DNA of 64,000 nucleotides from an uncultured Alphaproteobacteria bacterium (GTDB lineage Bacteria; Pseudomonadota; Alphaproteobacteria; Rhizobiales; Xanthobacteraceae): NCBI GenBank assembly GCA_963725495.1, contig CAVRYM010000005.1, positions 723,617 to 787,616 of the forward strand, read 5' to 3'. Shown piece by piece: positions 57,711 to 64,000 of this stretch (position 1 is its first letter; each line of letters starts with the position of its first letter). The notes under the pieces were generated by a model. It saw only the letters and a program-made list of their open reading frames with translations, ran no database searches and was not told where the DNA came from. The position numbers and the translations under genes were made by a program.

Positions 57711-58997
57711 TCAAATCGCTTCGATCAGCATGGCGCCGCCCTGGCCGCCGCCGATGCATTCGGTGGCGATGCCGCGCTTGTAGCCGAGCCGCTTCATCGC
57801 GTTGACGAGGTGCAGCACGATGCGGTTGCCGCTGGCGCCGACCGGATGGCCGACACCAATGGCGCCGCCGTCGACGTTGAGCCGCTCGCGCGGGATGCTG
57901 CCGGCCGCCCCGTTAAGGCCGAGCGCATCGCGGCAGAATTCGGCATCCTCCCAGGCGGCGAGGCAACCCAACACCTGCGCGGCAAAGGCCTCATTCAGCT
58001 CCCACAGCTGGATGTCGTTCAGCGCCAACTGATGACGCTTGAGAATGGCGGTCGAGCAATAGACCGGCCCAAGCCCCATCACGGAAGGATCGAGCGCCGA
58101 CCATTCGCTGTCGACGATGACGGCCTTCGGCGTCAGCCTGTATCTGCTGACGGCATCCTCCGAGGCGAGAATGACCCAGGAGGCGCCGTCGGTGATTTGC
58201 GAGCTGTTGCCCGCCGTCACCTTGCCCCACGGCCGCTCGAAGGCCGGCTTGAGCTTGGCGAGACTGTCGACGGTCGAGTCGGACCGCACGCCGTCGTCAT
58301 GATCGAACACCTTGCCGTCGCGCGCGAACGCGGGCTCGACCTCGCCGGCAAAGTGGCCGTCCTTCTGCGCCGCCACCAGCCGCTGCTGGCTCTCGGCGGC
58401 GTATTGGTCGGCTTGCCGGCGGGTGATGTGAAAAAGATGGCCGACGAGTTCGGCGGTCTGCCCCATGTTGAGATCGGTGATCGGATCGGTGAGCCCGCGT
58501 TCAAGCCCGATGATCGGCTTGAAGAACGACGGCCGGAGGCTGAGCAGCGCCGAGAGCCTGGCGCCGAGATTGCGGGCAGCAAAGAACCGCGCATACCAGT
58601 TCACCGCGCCCCGGCTGAAGACGAGCGGCGCGTGGCTTAAAGATTCCGCGCCGCCGGCGAGGATCAGATCGGCGGAGCCATCGCCAATATAGCGGTAGGC
58701 GGTGTCGATCGACTGCATGCCGGAGCCGCAATTGATCTGCACCGTGAAGGCCGTCATCGCCTCGCCCATGCCGAGGCGGAGCGCGGCGACGCGGGCCGGG
58801 TTCATCTCGTCGGCGATGACGTTGACGCAGCCGAGGATCACCTGGTCGAAAGCATCCGGCGGAAACGGCTGGCGCAGCAACAGCGGCCGGCCGCATTGCA
58901 CGGCGAGGTCGACCGGCGTGAACGGGCCGGGGCGGCCGCGCGCCTTGATGAAGGGCGTACGGCTGCCGTCGATGATGTAGACCGGGCGGCGTCCTAT
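57711..58997 (-). CDS. Acetyl-CoA C-acyltransferase (thiolase); conserved N-terminus has no canonical start codon
   Basis: QINCGSGMQS active-site Cys and GGGQGGAMLIE C-terminus. RRPVYIIDGSRTPFIKARG is in frame upstream of the track start 58901. The only candidate start is ATA at 58997, overlapping the fadE TAG. Confidence 0.8.
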   Translation of the reverse strand: MGRRPVYIIDGSRTPFIKARGRPGPFTPVDLAVQCGRPLLLRQPFPPDAFDQVILGCVNVIADEMNPARVAALRLGMGEAMTAFTVQINCGSGMQSIDTAYRYIGDGSADLILAGGAESLSHAPLVFSRGAVNWYARFFAARNLGARLSALLSLRPSFFKPIIGLERGLTDPITDLNMGQTAELVGHLFHITRRQADQYAAESQQRLVAAQKDGHFAGEVEPAFARDGKVFDHDDGVRSDSTVDSLAKLKPAFERPWGKVTAGNSSQITDGASWVILASEDAVSRYRLTPKAVIVDSEWSALDPSVMGLGPVYCSTAILKRHQLALNDIQLWELNEAFAAQVLGCLAAWEDAEFCRDALGLNGAAGSIPRERLNVDGGAIGVGHPVGASGNRIVLHLVNAMKRLGYKRGIATECIGGGQGGAMLIEAI

Positions 58998-61291
58998 TCG
59001 GCCGCTTCCGGCTGCGCCCGCGGCGCCGGCTGAGATATCGTTTGCGATGACACGTCTTCCTTGTTGGCTGCGCCGCGCGCGGTGAGTTCTTCCGGCGCAA
59101 AATCGTCGACTGCGATGGCCGCCGCGACGGCGTCGGCTGCGGCCTTTAATTGCTCGGCTTCGGACTCGCTGATCGTGCGCTGCTTGACGGCTTGATCGAT
59201 CTCGCGCACGCGCGCGGCATGCATGCGGTCGCGGATCGGCTGCGTGGCGACGACCGCAGCGAAGGCGCGCTCAAGCAGCGCAAGGCCATGATCACGGACC
59301 GTCTGCGGCGGGTGGAACAGATCGACGACCAGACGGTCGCGGACTGCCGATGGATTGGTGACGATCTCCGCGCAGCGGTTGGTGACGCGATCGGACGGGC
59401 CGCGGCGGCGGCGCCCGAACGGCAGGACGAAGAAGCGCAACAGCCAGCCAACCGGCCTGATCGGGAAATTGGCGAAAATCTCGTCGAACCGCGTCTCGAT
59501 GGTGGCGAAGCTAGCCTGCATGCACCATTCGAGCAGCGGGAGGTCGTCCGCTTGCCGGCCCTCGTCGTTCCAGCGCTTGAGCGCCGCGCTCGACAGATAA
59601 AGCTCGGAGAGGATGTCGCCGAAGCGCGCCGAGATCATCTCCTTGCGCTTCAATGCGCCGCCGAGCGTGAGCAGCGCGAGATCGACGGCGAGCGCGAAGG
59701 AAGCCGAATAGCGGCTGAGCTGACGGTAGAACTTCGTCGCGGCTCCGGCGTCGGGCGCCGGCGCAAACAATCCGCCGGTCCAGGCGCGGCCAAAGGCGCG
59801 CGCCGCGTTGGCGGAGCTGTGCTTGATGTGCCCCCACAAGGCTTCATCGAAGGCGTCGAGGCCGCGCGCGCGGTCGGTGTCTTCGAGCGCCATCATTTCC
59901 TTGAGCAGATAGGGATGGCAGCGGATCGCGCCCTGGCCGAATTGAATGAGGGCACGAGTGACGATGTTGGCGCCTTCGACGGTGATGCCGATCGGCACGC
60001 CGCGATAGAGGCTGCCGAGATAGTTGAGCGGTCCCTCGATGATCGCCTTGCCGCCGTGCACGTCCATGGCGTCGTTGACGCAAACCCGCATGCGCTCGGT
60101 CGCCTGCTCCTTCATGATCGCGGTGATGACAGCGGGATGATGCCCGTCGTCGAGCGCCGCGCAGGTCATGCGCCGCGCACCATCGAGCAGATAGGCGGTC
60201 GCCGCCATGCGGCCGAGCCGTTCCTGGATCGCTTCGAATTTGGCGATCGGGACGTGGAACTGCTCGCGGATGCGCGAATAAGCTCCAGTGACGTGGGCGG
60301 TGTAGGCAGCGCCGGCCGCCGACAGCGAGGGCAGCGAAATGCCGCGGCCGGCGGCGAGTGCGCTCATCAGCATTTTCCAGCCCTTGCCGGCCTGGGTGAC
60401 GCCGCCGATGACGTGGTCCATCGGGATAAACACGTCGTGGCCCCAGTTCGGACCGTTCTGAAACACCTGCATGGCCGGCAGATGCCGGCGGCCGATGCTG
60501 ATGCCGGGCAGATGCGTCGGTACCAGCGCAAGCGTGATGCCGATGTCGTCGCGGTCGCCGATCAGGTGATCGGGATCGTGGAGCTTGAAGGCGAGCCCGA
60601 GCACGGTCGCGATCGGCCCGAGCGTGATGTAGCGCTTATGCCAGTTGAGCCGGATGCCAAGCACCTCGCGTCCTTCGTACTGGCCGCGGCAGACCACGCC
60701 GCTGTCGATCATCGAGGCGGCATCGGAGCCGGCTTCCGGACTGGTGAGGCCGAAGCAGGGAATTTCCTCTCCGCGTGCAAGCCGCGGCAGCCAATAATCC
60801 TGCTGTTCCTTGGTGCCGAATTGCAGCAGAAGCTCGCCGGGCCCGAGCGAGTTCGGCACCATCGCCGTCACCGCCACGCAAATCGAGCACGACGACAGCT
60901 TCCTGATCACTTCCGAATGCGCGTAGGCGGAGAAGCCGAGCCCGCCATATTGCTTCGGAATGATCATGGCGAAGAATTTCTTCGCCTTGAGAAATTCCCA
61001 GATTTCCGGCGGCAGATCGTGCCATTGCCAATTGATCTTCCAGTCGTCGACCATGCGGCACAGGTCTTCGACCGGTCCGGCGAGAAACTGCTGCTCCTCC
61101 GCCGACAACCGCGCCGGTGCGCAGGCGAGAAGCTTGTTCCAGTCGGGATTGCCGCCGAACAGCTCGGCGTCCCACCAGACATCGCCCGCTTCGATCGCTT
61201 CGCGCTCGGTGTCGGAGAGCCGCGGCAGCGCGCGCTGCGCGACGCGGAAGATGGGCTTGGTAATCCAGTCCCGCCGGAAGGTTGAGGGCAT
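58994..61291 (-). CDS. Large acyl-CoA dehydrogenase (FadE-like, with a C-terminal extension domain)
   Basis: 765 aa. The N-terminus MPSTFRRDWITKPIF...AIEAGDVWWD and the ACAD core are typical of FadE. Confidence 0.9.
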   Translation of the reverse strand: MPSTFRRDWITKPIFRVAQRALPRLSDTEREAIEAGDVWWDAELFGGNPDWNKLLACAPARLSAEEQQFLAGPVEDLCRMVDDWKINWQWHDLPPEIWEFLKAKKFFAMIIPKQYGGLGFSAYAHSEVIRKLSSCSICVAVTAMVPNSLGPGELLLQFGTKEQQDYWLPRLARGEEIPCFGLTSPEAGSDAASMIDSGVVCRGQYEGREVLGIRLNWHKRYITLGPIATVLGLAFKLHDPDHLIGDRDDIGITLALVPTHLPGISIGRRHLPAMQVFQNGPNWGHDVFIPMDHVIGGVTQAGKGWKMLMSALAAGRGISLPSLSAAGAAYTAHVTGAYSRIREQFHVPIAKFEAIQERLGRMAATAYLLDGARRMTCAALDDGHHPAVITAIMKEQATERMRVCVNDAMDVHGGKAIIEGPLNYLGSLYRGVPIGITVEGANIVTRALIQFGQGAIRCHPYLLKEMMALEDTDRARGLDAFDEALWGHIKHSSANAARAFGRAWTGGLFAPAPDAGAATKFYRQLSRYSASFALAVDLALLTLGGALKRKEMISARFGDILSELYLSSAALKRWNDEGRQADDLPLLEWCMQASFATIETRFDEIFANFPIRPVGWLLRFFVLPFGRRRRGPSDRVTNRCAEIVTNPSAVRDRLVVDLFHPPQTVRDHGLALLERAFAAVVATQPIRDRMHAARVREIDQAVKQRTISESEAEQLKAAADAVAAAIAVDDFAPEELTARGAANKEDVSSQTISQPAPRAQPEAAE

Positions 61292-61436
61292 CGGAAATCC
61301 CCGACTGGCTCGTTCGTGAAATTGCCGCTTCGGACGCGAACACTATAGGTTCTACGCCCTAAATGTTAGTATCTGGCCCCGTGATTGCGACCCTCCCGCC
61401 TTCGAAAAAAAACGAAGGGAGGGGCGGAGGTTCGGC

Positions 61437-62282
61437 TTGGCGCCTCATCTTTCCAGTCTAAAGACCGAATCGCGGCGGATTTTCGCGCGGTTCGAGGATT
61501 CCGTCAGCCGCCAAATTCTGCGATTTCTAGAGCAGCCGGTGCCGCGCTATGCGCCGTTCTTTGCGCCGGATCCGAGCGTGGTCCGCAGCGCGCTGCAGCC
61601 CGGCGACGTCCTGCTCATCGAGGGCAATTCGCGGCTCTCCGGCATCATCAAGTACCTGACCCAATCGACCTGGTCGCACGCCGCGCTCTTCGTGGGCGAG
61701 CGGCCGGGGGACGTTGCGCCCAATGGTGAGCCGAATGTGCTGCTGGAGGCGGATGCGGGGCCGGGCGTCAGCACGGTGCCGCTGTCGAAATATGCCGGCT
61801 TTCACACCCGCATCTGCCGTCCCGTCGGGCTTAGCGCGCAGGAGAGCCAGAAGGTCGTCGATTACGCGCTGGCGCGGGTCGGCACCCAATACGATTCCAA
61901 GCGCATCGTCGATCTGGCGCGCTATTTGTTTCCTTATCCGCCGGTGCCGGTGTGGTTCCGCCGGCGCATGCTGGCGATCGGCGCCGGCGATCCTACCAAG
62001 GCGATCTGCTCGGTGTTGATCGCCGACGCCTTCGCGTCGATCCGCTATCCGATCCTGCCGGAACGAGTCTCGATCAACGGAAAGCTCTACGGCGTGGCGC
62101 CCTACGTGCAGAGCGAGATCGACCATATCCGCAAGCACGGCCTGTTTACGCCGCGCGACTTCGACGTGTCGCCGTTTTTCGCCATCATCAAACCCACGCT
62201 CGCCGCCGGCTTCGACTTTCATCGCGTCGACTGGGACCCGCCCGGCGTCACGGCGGAGGACTCGCGGCAAGCGGCCGAATGA
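61437..62282 (+). CDS. YiiX/YebB-like permuted papain-fold (NlpC/P60-related) protein
   Basis: GDVLLIEGNSRLSGIIKYLTQSTWSHAALFVG, with a downstream Cys (TKAICSVLIADAF). Confidence 0.65.
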   Translation: MAPHLSSLKTESRRIFARFEDSVSRQILRFLEQPVPRYAPFFAPDPSVVRSALQPGDVLLIEGNSRLSGIIKYLTQSTWSHAALFVGERPGDVAPNGEPNVLLEADAGPGVSTVPLSKYAGFHTRICRPVGLSAQESQKVVDYALARVGTQYDSKRIVDLARYLFPYPPVPVWFRRRMLAIGAGDPTKAICSVLIADAFASIRYPILPERVSINGKLYGVAPYVQSEIDHIRKHGLFTPRDFDVSPFFAIIKPTLAAGFDFHRVDWDPPGVTAEDSRQAAE

Positions 62283-62288
62283 GGCGCG

Positions 62289-62457
62289 CTAGTGGTCCGA
62301 TTCTAACATTCGCATCCCGCTCAGGCAGGCTCGCATGCGAATGTTGGAATCAAAAGGACCACTAGCAAATATAAGTGCTAGTGGAGCTTTTGGATTTGAC
62401 ATTCGCTACTCGAGTTCGCGGCTTGGTGGGTAGCGAATGTCAAATCCGCTCCACTAG
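62289..62457 (+). repeat. Double-hairpin repeat element (about 169 nt), copy 2
   Basis: Same order and orientation as copy 1. Stem differences between the copies are compensated. Confidence 0.85.
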
Positions 62458-62517
62458 CGCCTGTCGCGGAAAAGTGGCTACCGGTTTTCCGAGAAGGACA
62501 TGCGCCAATGCAAGAAT

Positions 62518-62559
62518 CTAGAACGCATCCCGGTTCGACAGAAACAGGATGCGTTCTAG
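62518..62559 (-). terminator. Hairpin ctagaacgcatcc...ggatgcgttctag overlapping the thioesterase stop codon
   Basis: 13-bp perfect stem with a 16-nt loop. Only a weak T-rich tail on the minus strand. Confidence 0.3.
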
Positions 62560-62978
62560 GCCTCCAGCGTCTCTGCAATCGGCCGCGGCCGGCCTTCGGC
62601 GTCGACGCGCACGTAGGTGAAGACGCCCTCTGTCACCTTGATCGGCAGCAGCGCCGTCCGCCGCCGCGCCCAGCTCTCGATCTTCACGGTGATCGAGGTG
62701 TTGCCGATCTTTTCGACGTTGCAAAAGCAGGTGACCTCGTCGCCGACCAAAACCGGGCGATGAAACGCCATGGCGGTGATGGCCACGGTGACGACACGGC
62801 CGTCAGCGTGCCTGGTCGCGAACGTCGAGCCGGCGAGGTCCATCTGGCACAGCAGCCAGCCGCCGAAAATGTCGCCATGCGGATTGGTGTCGGCCGGCAT
62901 GGCGACCGCGCGCAGCGCCGGCTCGGTGCTCGGCCACGTCTCGACAGTCTCGGAAGGGTTCGTCGAAGAATCGGGCAC
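62556..62978 (-). CDS. Acyl-CoA thioesterase (YciA-like hotdog fold)
   Basis: AMPADTNPHGDIFGGWLLCQMDLAGS motif. GTG start at 62978 is inferred, because the track ORF 62556-63254 extends into non-homologous sequence. Confidence 0.7.
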   Translation of the reverse strand: MPDSSTNPSETVETWPSTEPALRAVAMPADTNPHGDIFGGWLLCQMDLAGSTFATRHADGRVVTVAITAMAFHRPVLVGDEVTCFCNVEKIGNTSITVKIESWARRRTALLPIKVTEGVFTYVRVDAEGRPRPIAETLEA

Positions 62979-63092
62979 GCCACCACCCAGGCACGTGGAA
63001 ATCGAAGCAGGGCGGCAGCATAGAATCTCCGCCCATCGACCGCCAGACTTGATGACCGCTATAGTTTCCGAAATGGTCTGATTCGGAGGCGC

Positions 63093-63281
63093 GTGCCGAT
63101 GGCGAGAGCCAAAAGACGGCGAAAGACCTATCACGCAAGCATGCAGGTGACGCGCATCGAGGATTGGTGCGTCGAGGCGGAATCCGCCGAGGAGGCGCGC
63201 GCCCTGCTCGCACAAGGGCTGGGTGAGCGGCAGCGCCTCGGCGACTGCGTGCACCTTGAAGTGCAGGATTTAAGCGACTGA
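63093..63281 (+). CDS. Small hypothetical protein
   Basis: 62-aa ORF. May start at the internal Met (MQVTRIEDW...). Confidence 0.35.
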   Translation: MPMARAKRRRKTYHASMQVTRIEDWCVEAESAEEARALLAQGLGERQRLGDCVHLEVQDLSD

Positions 63282-63353
63282 CGGAACCGATGGCCGCATG
63301 GACGATTGTTTGATCGGCTCATTTTTTTGCGACCCGTCGTCAAGGAGGATGCG

Positions 63354-63557
63354 ATGGCCACCAAGCGAAAACGCAAATATTCGCCCGCAGCAAGCAAGGA
63401 CGTCGAAAAAGAGATGCGCCGCTACAACGCCGGCACCGCCAGGAGCGGCCGCGGTGGCAAAGGCGGCAAGGTGAAAAGCCGCAAGCAGGCGATCGCGATC
63501 GGGCTTTCCGAGGCGCGCAAGGAAGGCAAAAAGGTCCCGCCGAGGCCGAAGCGGTAG
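63354..63557 (+). CDS. DUF6496-like small basic protein
   Basis: RBS AAGGAGGA. KVKSRKQAIAIGLSEARKEGKKVP motif. Confidence 0.6.
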   Translation: MATKRKRKYSPAASKDVEKEMRRYNAGTARSGRGGKGGKVKSRKQAIAIGLSEARKEGKKVPPRPKR

Positions 63558-63586
63558 ACTCTTTGGCGCGGTGAGGGGAACGCCGG

Positions 63587-63841
63587 ATGCCCGGCAAGCG
63601 CGTCGAGATCGATCCTGAAAGCTGGGCCGCGCTCGACCTGTTGGCGCGCGACCGTATGATGACGTTTCAGGAGCTGGCCGATGAGGCGTTCGCCGATCTG
63701 TTGAAAAAGCACGGGCGTCCGGTCGATCTGCGCGCGGCTTTGCGCGGGAGCGCGGGCGCAAGCGCCAAGGTCATTCCGCTCAAGAACGGCAATAGAGAAA
63801 GCGACAAGAAAAACCCGCCGCCGCGCGGACGCGGCAAATAA
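63587..63841 (+). CDS. Ribbon-helix-helix-like small protein
   Basis: MPGKRVEIDPESWAALDLLARDRMMTFQELADEAFADLLKKHG. Confidence 0.55.
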   Translation: MPGKRVEIDPESWAALDLLARDRMMTFQELADEAFADLLKKHGRPVDLRAALRGSAGASAKVIPLKNGNRESDKKNPPPRGRGK

Positions 63842-63863
63842 TCGGCCGGATAATTTCTCTAAC

Positions 63864-64000
63864 TCAACCCGCGCTTTTGCGCCGCGCTTGCGGCCGGGCG
63901 GTGCGTTTGGCGGGTGCTTCCTTGGCCTTCTTGCCGGCGATCGGCAACAGCATCTCGCGCTGGCCTTCGATTCGCTTGCGGCCTTTCTTGGCGGCACGCG
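63864..64000 (-). CDS. C-terminal Lys/Arg-rich tail of a gene starting beyond the window (…RAAKKGRKRIEGQREMLLPIAGKKAKEAPAKRTARPQARRKSAG)
   Basis: Frame open to the window edge, stop at 63864-63866. Family not assignable from 45 residues. Confidence 0.35.
   Translation of the reverse strand, partial: RAAKKGRKRIEGQREMLLPIAGKKAKEAPAKRTARPQARRKSAG

Noticed and set aside
55625-61285. Plus-strand ORFs of 726, 422 and 711 aa
   Set aside because: Antisense shadows of the fadJ-like, thiolase and fadE-like genes.
63283-63310. EcfG promoter upstream of the DUF6496-like gene (GGAAC at 63283)
   Set aside because: The sequence at the -10 position is GATT/CGAT, not CGTT, at 15-17 nt spacing. Too weak to call.
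63422-63997. 191-aa minus-strand ORF spanning the RHH and DUF6496 genes
   Set aside because: A composite. Only the last ~45 codons next to the window edge, in a different frame, look coding. The rest is antisense to two plus-strand genes with RBSs.

Overview
GC-rich chromosomal segment that looks like a Bradyrhizobiaceae/Nitrobacteraceae-type alphaproteobacterium. This is inferred from the REP families (gtagcccggatgagcgaagcg..., cccgcgaaagcggg, ggggagggg hairpins) and from protein motifs. About 75 protein-coding genes are supported and most are housekeeping or metabolic. They include purE-purK, rpsU, glmM, aroE, cspA, divergent mntR-mntH, a prpE-like ligase and a fatty-acid CoA ligase, a fadE-thiolase-fadJ beta-oxidation block with an acetyl-CoA hydrolase/transferase, CoxS/CoxL-type molybdoenzyme subunits, several SDRs, tauD-like, lldD-like, panE-like and GGDEF genes, and many small secreted or stress-type proteins. 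I recognised no rRNA, tRNA or CRISPR array. Accessory, lower-GC pieces are a GH25 lysozyme fragment at the left edge, a PUA-like/HNH nuclease next to an orphan hicB, a single-gene cassette inside a triplicated prpE 3' end, two tandem paralogs with a vestigial third copy, and a truncated IS4-family transposase abutting the CoxL-like gene. Main observations: (1) three copies of the prpE 3' coding end bracket a REP and a low-GC ORF, an att-like serial insertion signature. (2) Three near-identical promoter modules combine an alphaproteobacterial LexA box (GAAC-N7-GAAC) with an invariant 13-mer palindrome, upstream of small unknown and secreted-protein operons. (3) A ~168-nt double-hairpin repeat with compensatory stem changes flanks the beta-oxidation block. 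(4) A 17-bp x6 tandem array lies next to an orphan RHH antitoxin gene. (5) About 15 single-base frameshifts, 14 of them +1 insertions, sit in otherwise conserved genes; this looks more like sequencing or assembly error than gene decay. All family calls come from motif recognition by eye. No database search was run.
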